A DNA stretch of 64,000 nt, taken from Haplodiscus bocki (taxonomy: Eukaryota). The translations under genes and the position numbers were made by a program. Position 1 is the first letter of the stretch. Every line of letters starts with the position of its first letter. The stretch covers positions 58,528,001 to 58,592,000 of the forward strand of contig OZ296650.1 of NCBI GenBank assembly GCA_965655095.1. Reading direction: 5' to 3'. A model generated the notes under the pieces. The model saw nothing but the letters and a program-made list of their open reading frames with translations. It searched no databases and had not been told where the DNA came from. Below, one piece after another: positions 1-12,950 of this stretch.

Positions 1-178
1 TTGCATTTGCACAGGCAACAGTGTCAATTAATGCTTTCCTTTGTTGGTTGTTAGGGAACTTCAATGGAACATAAGATAGGACATCACCTTCAAGAGAGAT
101 GCATGCAGTTATTTCATTTTGCTCATTTTTCGTCTTCCGTGGCTGTTCTTCTTACTGGCGTGGCTTTACTTGTTTTTT
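1..178 (-). pseudogene. pol: pol N-terminus, aspartic protease (inactivated)
   Basis: The -1 frame reads KQVKPRQ*EEQ...LSYVPLKFPNNQQRKALIDTVACANA; the catalytic DTG appears as DTV, with an in-frame TAA at 152-154. Confidence 0.75.
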
Positions 179-1319
179 GGTGCGGTTTGATATGGTATTT
201 GTTGATTTCTATTCGCTGGTCTCCTTTGATTGCAATCTCGTGCGTAGTGATTGGGGTAGGCACAAATATAACATACCTGTTCAGAATATGTTTTTTCTGC
301 GATATGTTCTTGGTTCATCGATTCTTGAATTTGTGGTGTGTTATAGTTGGAGTAAGAGCTGTAGTTATTTTTTGGTTTGATTTCCAGTGAAGTAGCTTCT
401 GTTGTTTATTGAAGCGTCCTCTTCCTCTATCATTGGCATATCCTCGTCCTCTAAATCCTCGTGAGTTGATGAATCTGTTATTCCCTCTAGAGTACTGTGT
501 TTGGTTGGACCTCTGATAAATCGGATTCGTTGGCGGGCTGACGTTTAATGTACTGATTCGGTTTGAAAAATCATTTTGTTGTTGTTTCAGCTCGTCTTGT
601 TGTTGTGTAATTTTTGTTAGTGCTCCGACCCAGTTTTCTGAGAGTGAAGAGCTCACCTCATTAAATGCGTCCCTTGACCAATCGTCACTTGGGCATAGCT
701 CAAAAAATACCATTTGTCGTCTAGCCACTGTACATAGGTCTTGTACTGTCGCTGCGTCATTTTGGTCAAGCAGTTTACTTTTGATGAAGTTGGGCATTGC
801 ATTTGTGAAGATTTCTTTTATCCTTCTGTTTCTTTCGTTCACAGCGTTGTTAAGTATCACTTGGTTTGCTGCTTGAGCTGCTGCAACTCTGTCTATTTCA
901 CCTTGGTCGCCAAGTGGATTTGCTCGTGGAATTGGGGCAAATACCGGGCCCGGATACGCTTGGGTTGCTTTGATTTGTACTTGAACCAAAAAGTCTTCTG
1001 GGTTACCAGTTTTGTGGTCGAACTTTAAGTTTTGGAGTTGCAATTTATGGAGTTCCCTAAGGTTAGGGTTGCAGTAATGATTTCTAAGAGCTGTAATTGG
1101 TAGTTCGAAGTTGTCTCTAGTTGCTTGGGGTAAGGTTCTGAAGAATTGTAGCGCTTGGTCAAGTAGGTGTAGTTGTAGGAATTGTGGTTGGTTTGCTGCT
1201 GCAATATTACCAACCTTGATTTGGCTTCTGAGAAAACTCTCGAAGTCTGGCCAGTTTTCATCTGCCCTTCCGCGGAATGGGTTCAAATTAATATGTGGTT
1301 GTGGGTTTGCCGCTGCCAT
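166..1319 (-). CDS. gag: Retrotransposon Gag, frameshifted at ~365-410 before the zinc knuckle
   Basis: ORF 315-1319 (LNPFRGRADENWPDFE...LHLLDQALQFFRTL, RG-rich tail); zinc knuckle CYICAYPNHYARDC at 232-273 in a shifted frame that ends PKNK*. Confidence 0.8.
172..178 (-). promoter_or_regulatory. Candidate -1 programmed ribosomal frameshift heptamer A AAA AAC
   Basis: gca ccA AAA AAC aag taa at the end of gag; a -1 slip enters the frame carrying the protease motif. Confidence 0.65.
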
Positions 1320-1924
1320 TATTCTTGAATAGGTGTTTGCCTCACGTCCTCCTGGTCATCATTTGAAATTTTTTGGGGTTTTCTTTTGTTTGAATATGGG
1401 TTTCAGTCCTTTATTAGTTGGAAGGCTTTGATTTATTTTTTAGTGGCTATCTTCAGTGCGTGGTTTGAGGAGGAAAATTCTGTTGAAACATTGAAGAATT
1501 AATTTCAAGCATACAGGCAACTATTTAGTAGCAATTCCTGAAGAGCTCTCCCAATCTATTCTTTACAGCTTTATGATTTTTTTAATCTCTTTTTTTGTTA
1601 TCATGCGGAAATTAGAATTCAATACAAGTTTATTCTTCAATATGTCTTCTTTGCATTTAATTTCCATGCGGTTATTAGATGTTTATTTTTTGCCCACTGG
1701 TTTATTAGTTGTTTATTTTTCCGGATAATATTATTTCCGGTTAGGGGAGGGTTTGTTGTCAAGAAAAGATACGTCAATTAATTTAATAGCGCCAAGATTT
1801 AATGATTCAAAAATTGATTAGGTTGAGATCATGCTTTCCCACATTGTATGATTTAATTAATTTCAAAATATTCGTCAGAATTATACAACTAGGTATGGTG
1901 GTAATATTTTCTGCTGTGCCACAT

Positions 1925-2269
1925 TGTAGAACAGCAAGACGAGCGTCAATTATTGCCTATTAGGCTAATTCATTTTTAAAAGTATGATTTGAGCATTCTC
2001 AGATTCGCACGGAAGGTCAGCCTTGCCATAGTGCCCAGCGACGTATAAAAAAATGTAGTGAAATAGGAGGTGAGGTTTAGGTTTCCTACCTCAGCCTTTT
2101 GTTTGCGCGTTACTTTCAATGTGACTATTTCGTCCGTATAAAATTTTGGTTGGTATTTTGTTGGGCGAATCCCAGTTGCCTCCATCGTCTGCTCTGAGGT
2201 AAGAATTCGGAAAGTGACTTGACGTTTTCGCAGAGCTGTGCTGACAACCTTTTCACGAACGCAATCACA
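1925..2269 (-). repeat. Candidate 5' LTR (~345 bp) of the Gypsy element
   Basis: Minus strand TGTGATTGC...TTCTACA termini, followed 3 nt later by TGGCACAGCAG (PBS-like, 1911-1921); the partner LTR is not in the window. Confidence 0.55.
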
Positions 2270-4130
2270 TTCAGAATTCTTGGAACGAGTTTCAATTCGC
2301 TAAGTTGATAACCTCAGAAACTTATCGACCAATCCACATTGATGTTTTGTAAAACCTAAAGTTCCAGTTGCTCAATAGTTCCCTCTGGACAAAAAAAGCA
2401 GGAGCCAACCACGAAAAATCCAAGTCACATCGTTCTGTCCCACAGGAGTCCGGGACCATATACTCCCGAACGTAAACATTTCATGAACTTCAATCCATTG
2501 GATTTTCAAATTTTGAAAAATGAATCCCCATCAAATGAAATTCTTCTCGAATAGATAGTACTCGGTTAGCAGCTAAGTTTGTTTAATAGCTCGGTGGGGC
2601 TTTAACATGGTTGAAAACGTTGGTGCGCTCCCTTCCAGCTGTTTTTGCATGCATGACCAAGTTGATTTCGTGGATGACCTCATTTTATCAATTCAGAGCC
2701 GAGTATGGTAACACGTATCTGTAGCCAGGGAATCCGCTGCGTCTTAGCTTTTGACGTGAGCATGAATATAGCAACATTCCACTCCCATAGCTCATTGTGA
2801 ACTTTCACAAAGATAAGGGGATCTACAACATCTGAAGCATTGCAAAAGACATGCAACGTAACTTGATAGATTTTTTTGCCTACCAGCACAAGCCTTTTCA
2901 ACTGAGTTTTCCATAAAACATTAGCTTGGACCTTCGTTCCAACAAAAACCAAAATTTTAACCCACTGAACTTATAAATTTTAGAGTGATTGCATATTATG
3001 TTGCGCCTTGTGTTGACAGCAGATAAACTATCGAGCGAAATAAAAATTTCGCAAATTTGTTCAAAACCTTCCACCAAATCAGAAGCTTTCTGGAGAAATT
3101 TCAAAACAAACAAGGGTAGGACTTCAAAAGTTGTAAAGTTATGATTGAAAGACTTTCTTCTAACAGCAGAAGTTATTATCTTAAAATTAAAGCAACGGCT
3201 AATTGATTTTAGCAATGCTACAAATTTACTTTATCCTGATAAGTTTAGAAAATGGACCGTTCCACTGGAGTCCCAGATACTAGAGTTTCCAGGTATCAAT
3301 ACCTCATAAACTTGGATCCAGAGGATTCTCTTGTGTTGAGCTTTGACTTCAACTAAATTGCGTATCTTCCTTGATACGCGATACAAAGTTAGCACCCAAG
3401 TGCTTACAAGAGCCGGACCCGGCATTACAGCAATAAATCCGATTGTTGAGAAAGTACCGGCATGTCGTGCAGGGATGACGATTCTATGGGCTGTCAGCCA
3501 ACTAGGGCAACACACATCCGTAGACTAAGTATCGGTTACATTTTTGGGCTTGCAACCTTCGACTTCCGCGTGTGCAAGGCAGCACTCTGTCTGGGCAGCT
3601 CATTCCTAGCTTTTACAAAGAGAGATGCGGCGTCGCCAAGCTCTGAGGTGTCACAAAACACATGCAAACTTACATGATATGTTTTGTGCTTGCAAGAAGT
3701 TTTAACAACTGAGCCCCGTTAACTCATATATCTTGAACCACTGTTACAAAAATGTCTACATTTTGCTATCTCGGTCGACCTCTTTTTGTCACAATGATTA
3801 CATAATATGTTCCGAATTGTTGTGACAGCAGAAATGCAGTCCAAGCAAAACAAGAAAGTGCGATGTCAACCAAAGCCTTGCATCCAACCAAGATGTTTTT
3901 ACAAAAATCAGAGTCCGTTGGTAGAAAAATGAACAAAAGCGAGTCAAAGCAGAGACTGCAAACAATCATCGAGTTTTGATTGCGTGAAGTTGTCTGAAAA
4001 AGTCGAGATTCTCTGTTAACTTCACAGAAAGGCGACTGCAAAGTTTTTTCAACAAAGCCAAAGATCCCTTCACGCAGTACAGGGGAACAATTTTCAGCGT
4101 TGCGAAAAAACCACTCCATAGTTTTTGCCT
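2270..4130 (-). pseudogene. BEL/Pao retrotransposon gag-pol remnant (RT and RNase H/Peptidase_A17 region)
   Basis: LHVFCNASDV...LTSKAK...IPWLQI..LGSELIK (~LHVFCDAS/KARVAP/IPRLEL) in ORF 2680-2952; RIVIPA...MPGPAL...RILW (~RIVFDAS/GPNL/RFLW) in ORF 3231-3515. Confidence 0.75.
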
Positions 4131-4139
4131 CCTTTGACG

Positions 4140-4840
4140 ACGCACCGGTAGGTATGTTGTATATGAAGTTTTGACTAATGATTTTACGTCTATTGGGACT
4201 TAAATTAGATTAGCATAGCAGTATTGACAGTGAAGTATTCAAGTGGCTTTGGTATAGGATCCTTCATGTATGAATGTGCGCTATAGGCTCGGAGAAACGA
4301 AATGTGGGCAAAATGGATGACAAAAGGTTAAGGTTCCTTCTCGCGTCCTATGTTAAAATGTTGGGTCAATGTATTAAGTAAAGGTTTGGGCATGCATCTG
4401 GCGGCGGCCAGACAAGGCAGAAAGGTAGGCGAGTGGAGGCGTGTGCGTTCGGCATCTATTGAGATAGGAATTGGTATTCCGCTCCAGTAGTATAAATGGG
4501 AGCTTGACAGCCAACAAGTGAAGACCATAATGTATTGAGACAAGTAATCGGAGCCGAAACTCGAGAAGTTTCTTCTCAATTTTTTTTGGCTGGCCTGGTT
4601 GCTGGTCATTTTCGGCGAAAATGACATTTTAGGAAACAACTCTTAATTCTTCCAAGGCCCCTGCAGATAAACAAAATGGCACCAAACTTTTTACGATGCA
4701 CGAGATTAATTTTCATGAAGACAGGCATTCAAAGCGCCTGAGATTAAATCTAACGCGTGTGGTTGAACAATTCCCCTGGGGATAGTTTTTCCCATTGCGG
4801 TTAGATGTCATGGTTACTACTGTGACATGATGCTTTGCAA
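4140..4840 (-). pseudogene. Polinton/adintovirus packaging ATPase (A32/FtsK-like) remnant, probably with an internal insertion
   Basis: Lies directly downstream of pPolB; degenerate Walker A (..NGK) at ~4790, FNIGREKE (~FDDSCEE) at ~4345, ILYQS and LI*FKS..DV (~IVLFKSPRDV) at ~4190-4260. Confidence 0.45.
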
Positions 4841-4919
4841 AACATTCTCTTATGGCTTTAACAAATTAACGAGATTGTTTTCAAACGAACACATTGTGCC
4901 GAAAAATAAAGTAAACATT

Positions 4920-7900
4920 ATAACGGTATGGTATGAGCACCAACTCTCTTCACTATGTTCTTTCAGTGAAAACTAAAACAAACAATTTTGGTCGGCTCAT
5001 AGGCCACCACACTGTTATTCTTCCTTTCAATTTCGCACTTTATGGATGCCAGAATTTCTGTTTCTCCCAAGAATTTCCGACAATTGGCCAGGGGACCATC
5101 TCGACTGCTTTCAAGTGTTCGTCCGTTCAGTCTTGTGTTAATGAAATTATACTTGTTGGAGCAGGAGTTGTGAAAGCAACACGCTTCACTTCATAAACAC
5201 AACAGTCCAGTGAAACGAAGTTCCTTCCCGAAAATTCCATGCACTCTCCTTCATCTTGTTTCGTTGTCGACACGTTCGAGAAAAAAAATTACGGTAAGCT
5301 TCTGCAGTGGAAGTATCGTCAGATTTTTTTCTTTGCAGCAATTCTTCATCTTGCCTTTTTTTATTCTGGAACAATACTATACAAGACTTTTTTGAGAGTG
5401 CTACACAGAAACAGTCTCTACCCATTCCCATCTCTTCGTATTTGTTTGTGTCGCACAATATTCAAAAAAGTTGAATAGAAATAATTCAATCTCAGTTTTG
5501 TTCACTGTATTTTTGGAAAAACCTTGAATTTTTGGCGCTTTTTGTTCAATCTGTGACTTCAACGGTTCCATTTCTTAGAGATGATTGTCCATATGAGCTG
5601 GACTTTTGAGTAAATTTTTGTTGATCGCTGCGTGTTTCTTCGGTCCATTCTGGTATTTTTGTGACAGAATAAAGACTATGATCCATGATTCGTTAACCTT
5701 GGGATATGTCAGCAATCATTTTTTTGTCTATGCTGCAATACTCGAATTGAGATTTTCGTATTTTTGTCATCGAGCAAAAATAACAGATTGCACAAATCGT
5801 TGGAAACTTTTGTTTGAGTCTGGTCAACGAATCGATACATTGTTGCGCATACGAGACCCAATTCCAAAATGAACCAAAATAATGGTTACTGATGGTGCAA
5901 TACTTTAGCTGAAAGGTTGAGAATGTCATTAGTCGCAGATGGCTCACGAGTCCTTCTTTCTTCGTATGTTTTTGCTCTAGAGAAATAAAATCTTTTTTGC
6001 ATAGGTTGTTATATCCAGAAAAGGAAAAGAAGTCAGTTAATTGTTCTTTCAGATCTGCGGGACTTGAAAATCAAACTCTACATAACCAAAAAACAAAATC
6101 TTTTTTTTTCAGAAACAGTTGTTCTTCTTTCTAGACAGATAACGACTCTCTCAATTGTTGCTTTACTCAATCATCTGTTCTTTAAAGTGACCACCACTGA
6201 CATTACCACATCTCCACACTATCTTAGCGTCTCTTTTTGAGCTAGCGCTTTCGCATTTCCTCCAATTGACACTTTTTCATTTTGGCGTTCAATATCTTCT
6301 TTTGTTAGAGAAAATTATACTTCCTGGCATGAAAAACAATGCGCAAGACACCCCATTGTTTAAAAACGGTATTGCAATGCCGTCAAAACCCAACTACACT
6401 CAAACAATCAATCGAATTCTGAGTTCTCTTGGTGTAGAAGACCTTGAGTTTTCTCTCGGTTCTGATTTGCTGATAACAAGACAAGGCCATGGTTTCATAG
6501 CTTCTTGTTTGTTTTTTTTTGTATTTGAATCTTCTAACTTTTCATCCAATTCATATCTGGTATAAAATTTTGTAGGAATGGTCTGACATGTCAGAAAAAT
6601 TTATAGTACAATGAGTGATGATGTGTTGTTTGTGGTTCATGTACCCAGGTCATTTTTGCTTCTTTCAAAGTTTCACTCAACTGCTCCTTCAGGAGTTTTC
6701 ATTCGGACACTGAATAAACACCAGTGAATTTCTCATCAACAGATTTTTTGTGCTGTACAGCTTGTTGAAATTCAACTGAAATGTGTCAAACTCCTAACAT
6801 TCAGTCAGAAATCTAATTGAATGAGATGACCACGACGCTACTGCTCAAGTTATTGCGTATGTATCCATTGACTGGGAGCGCTTAGCCTCAAGAACTGTTG
6901 AAAATTCTTCAGCGTTCAACCGTGCCATTTTGTTGATAAATGTTGTTTTGTCGGTGGAGAGTTCATTTTGAACAATTTAAATCAAGAAAGTGTGCGAATG
7001 AGGACCTATTGAAGCTTTAGACCTTATCGACATTTTTTTCTTGCATTTGGTTAGACAAAATGCATAGTGGTTTACGCACTTGCAGCGAAAATTCTTGTTC
7101 CCGCAATCTTTTCTAATTACGAAGTGATGAAGCAAGTGGAAACCCGGAAAGTCATACACATCCAGTAGTTGGAATTTGTTCCAGATGTAGAATTTCTTTG
7201 GAATGTTCAATGCTGACCACCTTTCAAGCGGAGATTCACTGAGGCGGAAACTTCCTTCCACATTTGTGAACTTTGCTTTCATTGCGTTTGCGCTTCGCCG
7301 AAACTAATTCCTTCTTTCAAAGGTATATGGCCAAGTAGCTATCCTCTGTCAATACACTCCTGTGTTGTGAAATCGAAACGTTGTCCGCTGCCACGATTTT
7401 CAGTCGTTAATTGAGTTGTCTCTGACACAATTTCAAGTTCCTGGAACTATGAAAGTGATTAATCTTAGTCCACATTTATTTCTAATATCTTATATGTATG
7501 CTAACGCTAAATTTAGAGGCGTAAGTTCTTGGACCACAATCTAACCATTTAAAAAGGGCATCTGGGTCGTTTAGACCAGTTTTTCAGCCGAGTCTGACAA
7601 ACTTGTTTGAGCTTTATCTATCCCAGTTGTGAGGAGTTTTAAAAGTGGGTTGGCCTGAATCAAGGTTGTTTACACTTCTCATTCGAGGAAAGTCAACTTT
7701 TTTTGTTGATCAATGCAATTGAATACTGCGGTGGGATGTGTTGAGTGACGTCAACTAAACCGTTCACTTCATAACCGCGAAAACTTCATAAGGCATCAGA
7801 GATTGGGTAGAGCCCATGTTAGTGAAGTCGACTAGATGTGTTTTCGAAGTTAAACTTTAGGACTCAGCGTTGCGTTCTGAAAACAAATGGGTTTTGCGCC

Positions 7901-9490
7901 AGAACACCAGCCAATTCGAAACTTTACGGGGCTTCTTTTAATTGATCCCATTTAGAAGCAAGTGCAATAAAGAGTAGTGCTCTGTTGATCTTGTGGTCGG
8001 CAATGAAGTGTTTAGTGGTACACGCTCTACTTGAATCCCTGTTTTAGGAGTTTTTGTTAAATTTAGGCTCTTTACTTCTTTCCTCCTGACGAATCTCAGG
8101 CGCATTTTGACGCTCCCAAGGTCAATGATCTAGGAAAATGGTGCTTCATTTAACGTTCAAGACACCTGAACTTTGAGAAACGTAGATTTTTTGAGAGCCC
8201 ACTGTGGAAACATTGGAACCAGAGCTTCTCCTTGTCTAGAAATTGGTGTCTGTCCGAAAGTGCCAATATTTTGAATTGAGGACATGCACATCGGCAATTG
8301 TCGCATGATATATAAGAGATAGGGTACTTTTGAACACGTGTTTATGTGTTTTGGTTGCTTTGGGTATTACAATCATTGCACTTGCTTTCAGTTTGATTTT
8401 CACGGCCCCCATTTTGAGTAAAAGGCTTCTTATTTCCCAACATTTACACAGTGCGCCTAGGATAGTACACTAGTTACTCAATAGTCCATTTTCCATTGCT
8501 TTCGTGACTCTGGGTACACCTTCTTCCACAAAAAAAAAACAGGATTGAATGCCATTGTTGAATGGGGTATGTTGAGTTCAGTTGGCAATCTAAAATAGTC
8601 TTTTGTAGATTTTAACAATTTTTGCAGATCTACTGATGATTCCAACTTCAGTGGTGCTAGTCTCCGGATGCAGCCGATAACAACTTTGATTACTCACATT
8701 TGTATTTCATGATTGTCATTGAAATGTTCTTGTTGGAATCAGTTTTTGAAATTGACCTGATATACTGGGCGCTTCATCTTTAACGCTTCCGTATTTTTCA
8801 CAAAAGGAGGATTGTGAAGTAGACTTAGGTGACACAATGAATACTTCCGGAAAATTCGACCATGTGTGTAGAAATCTACTAAATTTAGTAACTCTAGCTT
8901 CGGTAGCTTTATTTAACTCGAACAAGACAAAAGTGATTACCTGGGTCTGTTTCCGCATTTGTCCGAATGTTTCCGCATTTGTTACATTTATCAATCGGTT
9001 GTGACAGACAACTTTTTGTAATGCTAGTGAAAACATGAAATTCAGTTTATTGTTCTAGCTCATATATTAGTTCATCTTTATCGTCAGCACATGTCAATGG
9101 ACATGTGCATGGACATGTCAACATCAGCATCAAATCTAAGTATTTTGCTGAAAATATGGCTTCCAATGAAGCTTCAACTTTCGAAAGTTTACTTGGTGTG
9201 TCTATTACCCCCGCAGTGAACTCATTGACAATTTGTTGTAATCTAGTGAAGACACCGTTGTACCGCTTCTGCCTCTGCATGTGTTTTGTTTTCAGTGGCA
9301 AGATATATAGCGTCAGCGGTTTTTGTATCCTTGGTGTTGACATGAGTACCGCCAATTTGAACGGACAATTCGGTAAACTAGAAATGTTTTCATGTGTGTT
9401 CTTATTACTTCGGTTAGGCTTCCGCTGAGCGAATTGTCAAGTGACCACCAGGAACGTAGCTCAAAGAACGATAAATCTGCATTTCATTTA
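4920..9490 (-). pseudogene. pPolB: Protein-primed DNA polymerase B #1 (adintovirus-type Polinton), heavily disrupted
   Basis: Motif C CDTNKYEEMGMGRDCFCVAL (~EMDTDSLYLAL); AYRNFFSRTC; motif B KKMIADISQG*RIMDHS (~KLLANSSYGYQIMDRS); CQTIPTKFYTRY (~MCQPMPTGLYTRW); DCLSVVGF*RHCNTVF; C-terminal NNSVVAYEPTK...GAHTIPL. Confidence 0.85.
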
Positions 9491-9554
9491 AACTTTTGTC
9501 GATGTCTGTTTCTCTTGCTTCCGTATTTTCTGAATTGTGTCTTGTTGGAACGTC

Positions 9555-9920
9555 TCATGAATGATTCAACAAAAAGTCTTCAAATTGACTGCGTTGGTGC
9601 TCCAAGACTTTGAGGTGAAACTGCAGTTTGAGTTCATAGCGTTGATGCAGCTCATCGTATTCGTTTTGGAGGGAAATGTCAAGTTTTGTTTTATACGTTA
9701 CATAACTAAATTTTACTTTTCGGTATGCCAAATGAGAGCGGATCACCGGGTTACCCACAGTACACCAATGCTGCATTTAGCGATTTCTGCTTCAGAAGAC
9801 TCTCAGCTAATTTTTGCCGAGAATGGGGTGCGGTTGTTTGCGTGATGTGTTGTAACGGACTTGTTGAACAAGTTGTTCCAATTCAAAAGGTTGTTACTTC
9901 CTTTAGGTTGCTCTGACTCC
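9555..9920 (-). pseudogene. Small Polinton accessory ORF upstream of pPolB (possibly PC4-like ssDNA-binding)
   Basis: Position immediately 5' of pPolB on the same strand; only weak motif resemblance. Confidence 0.3.
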
Positions 9921-10419
9921 GGAAAATACAAAAATAAACAATTGGAGCGGTTCATCTGGATTCATCTTAGACGATTGTTTGTTTAAGCATGCTTCCAAAC
10001 TTTAAGCCGACAGAATGTTGATTATGGTTTGAAAGGCGTCATATTTTGAAAAACCAGCTGTTTTGTGCTTTTCCTCTGAGAAAAAAGGCTAATCTTGTTG
10101 ACCAAAAAAACTGAGAAACAAATAGTCAGCTCAAAAATGTCAATTTGAAATAACCTGAACCAAATAGTGATTATCTAATTGGAAAATAAAACTTTTTATA
10201 GGGACCAATGTCGTCAGAATGCAACGAATTAGTTCTCAAAAAAGACAATCTTTACCATTTCAAACCAAAAATTTCAAAAGAAGACAATTCTAGACTAAAA
10301 GCAAAAATGTGTAATTTTCAATCAAATAATGTATAGTCCTTTGATAAAATTCGCTAGAGAGATCGGACATTATCGACGTATTTTTCGAATTACTTAATTT
10401 AACGTTCGTTACTTAAGTG

Positions 10420-11830
10420 TCCAAGGAACCTAGCTTGGCAGGTCAACAAATTGCAATAGACGAACAACCGTCCAAAATTAACAAGAGAGACATCAGAATA
10501 TAATGGATGTTGTCGTTCCCCGAAAATGATGGAATCTTCAAGCATCAACGAAAAATCTTGGATCTTTGGCTACAGAGCCATCAAATTAGTATTTTCAAAA
10601 CTAAACTTTTAGAGACTTCATGCTTAACTCTTTCGAGGCTCTGGCAAAAACACAACTCTCAGTTTCCCCAAACGGTTGCAGAAGACATCATACCCCTGAA
10701 TATCAGAATAGGCCTGATGGATGCCGCTGGAATACCGGTTTTCAAACTGGTGGCATCTAGGTCGACTTTGAGATCTCAGAAACCCAGGAAGACCCTTGAA
10801 GCAACATTTTTGCAAGCTGTGGACCACCAGAGCACATCCTACTGCGCCAACAAATAACATGTTTTTCATTCCAAATTACTGTGCACATGTTCTGGATGCA
10901 ATTCCACAACCGGCAATAAAGGCGTCTAAACTACAAAGGCTACCAAAGCTGACCGAAGAACAGGAGGACCATTGTGCCCAAAAACAGTCCGAGGCTAAGC
11001 TCACTGCTACCTTCATCAGTAAGATGCCTCTTTCCGCCAAAACCTGAACATAAAACCAGACACCCGACGTCGCTAAAGACAGTTAAAAACACTATGAGGG
11101 CTCTATGTTCGTTGCCAACACCTGCTATTCACAAAAGCCCAAGGAGGTCGTTCAAAAACAGCTCTGAGTGCGACAATGGTGTTTGGACCTCGAAAATAAT
11201 GTTTGGAAAACGGAACACACCTACCTGAAAACCTAGAACCGTCCATACCCTACCATACAGATCAGAGTTTTTGTCGTTTCTTTGCTATGGAACAACGCTC
11301 TTCTATTAGTCCCAGAAGGTTCAACCGATATAAGTTGAACCGATAAAAGTTCAACCGATACCAATTACTGTTGATCATATCCTAAAGATGCGCTCTACGT
11401 CTCTTTCCTTAAGTTTGAAGCATCAAGTTTGCTAGACTTTTTGCTACGGGTACTTTTTGCCAACGATTATGGAATGTCACTGTTGCCACCGTTTGTCAAA
11501 ATCGGCAATTTTTCAGACCGCTTGTCAACCAAACGCATGATCAGTAAACTGGTCACTTTTTGTGGTCCCAGGGAGAGACCATACAGGTAAACATGACAAT
11601 GGAATGAGAGAAGGCCGCTGAAAGAAGACGATCTGCCAGCCACAACAAATTTTTCGGTGTGTCGCCACCTGGATTCATAGAATGGATTACTTGTTTCCCG
11701 AAAAACTTTGTGAAGTTTGAGGGATACTACAGCCAACATTGTTTTTGCGGTCACGGCCTGCCATTCCAAAGCTGCAGGTCAAAATGGAAAGACTCAGTCC
11801 GCAACAACTAGCCTAATTCGCCTTCTTGGC
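10420..11830 (+). pseudogene. BEL/Pao integrase and C-terminal domain remnants
   Basis: IGLMDAAG (~GLDYAGP), CGPPEHI (~RGxPxxIxSDN), WKTEH (~WxxEYL), WNERRPLKEDDL (~KW..LKxGDLV). Confidence 0.6.
11319..11360. repeat. Tandem repeat, 3 copies of a 15-bp unit GTT(C/G)AACCGATA(T/A)AA
   Basis: gttcaaccgatataa gttgaaccgataaaa gttcaaccgata. Confidence 0.9.
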
Positions 11831-12499
11831 TGCACAACTGAAATTTATCGTGTTGCAATTCTCAGAATTCACCAATCAAATGACGACTTTTGAGTTGACA
11901 GCGTTTGCTTTTGGAACGGAAAAAGGACGATGTTGCAAAGAACAGAGAAAAGATAATGCCATCTTCCCGTCCAGAAAATAGTACGCGAGAAGACGCTTGC
12001 GACAGAAGTTCCGCGTGTCGTGATATCTAGATGAATGTGGATGTCGAAATTGTAGAATGATGCACTAACTACACCTTGGCAAAAGTAACTGAACTGACAT
12101 AATCACACCGTAATTGCTGATTACGTTCCATGAGGGCACAACTCTAGCAGTTGAGGTAAAAAGAACGGTCGCCTAGATGAAAAGGCATCAGCGCATGTGT
12201 TAAACTATCTTAGGTATGTTAGCTGGCAAACTATACGTGGATGACAAGAATTTCATAACTTTGCTAGAATGTAGCTGGAACCCCGACCTTTGTGAAGAAA
12301 CCTACGACTTGACAGAAACTGAAAACGACATCTAGCAGGTCTCCCTGATGAATTGCGGCCTAGTTAAACTCGTGGCTATGTGACTTTCGTAAAGCGCCAG
12401 TATGTTTCTAGGACCGACTATATTTCTGCTCATGCAACTGCTCCTATTCCTGACTCGCGCTGGTTTCAGCAAAGTTGTCCATGAAAAATATTTTTTTGC

Positions 12500-12950
12500 A
12501 CGTTTTTGCTTGGAGAATCGAAGTTATTGCCGATGCTTTTCAAAAAGTGCGTTTATATTATGATAACTTAGTCAGTTTTGATTATCTGTTGGAAAAATCC
12601 ACTACAAATGTGTGACTCTGTAAAATATAACGTTGTCTGTCTTATGCACTTTCATATTTTTCATAACACGCATTTACCAATAGGCTACTCGAAAAAAAGA
12701 CCTGAAACTGTTGGTTGAAATCTGCGCTCCTTGTGTTGCATATACCTTTTCACATCGTGAACTAAACAGATTTTAGATTTTGGAAGAATGTGTTTCTTTT
12801 TTCTATACTCCGGAAAGAGGAATCGCGACTGGGTGCGACGTAGAAGCGTTTTGCCCAAAACAAAGAATTTTTTTCTACTGAGGGCCATTAATTTTCCTGG
12901 AAACACCGGTAATCGCTGAAAAATTTGTTACGAGTTGCCTGGCAGGTTTC
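12500..12950 (-). pseudogene. Adintovirus-type penton/minor capsid N-terminal remnant
   Basis: Follows the integrase; LVTNFS..VFPGK resembles the ELVSNAS..FPxN start of adintovirus penton-like ORFs. Confidence 0.4.

Larger units (their letters stand above)
1..2269 (-). mobile_element. Ty3/Gypsy LTR retrotransposon, 5' portion (LTR-gag-protease), running off the window start
   Basis: Minus strand order: candidate LTR, TGG-initiated PBS-like site, AT-rich leader, 334-aa gag-like ORF, CX2CX4HX4C knuckle, slippery heptamer, then retropepsin motif ALIDT(V)ACANA. Confidence 0.85.

Noticed and set aside
64-390. Hydrophobic 108-aa ORF as a membrane protein
   Set aside because: Antisense shadow of the A-rich gag/pol junction
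11319-11360. CRISPR-like array (also the 31-bp and 98-bp repeats)
   Set aside because: Contiguous tandem units without unique spacers, no cas genes, and a eukaryotic context
12231-12248. LYVDDK reverse-transcriptase catalytic motif
   Set aside because: Isolated hexapeptide with no recognisable flanking RT motifs; may be chance
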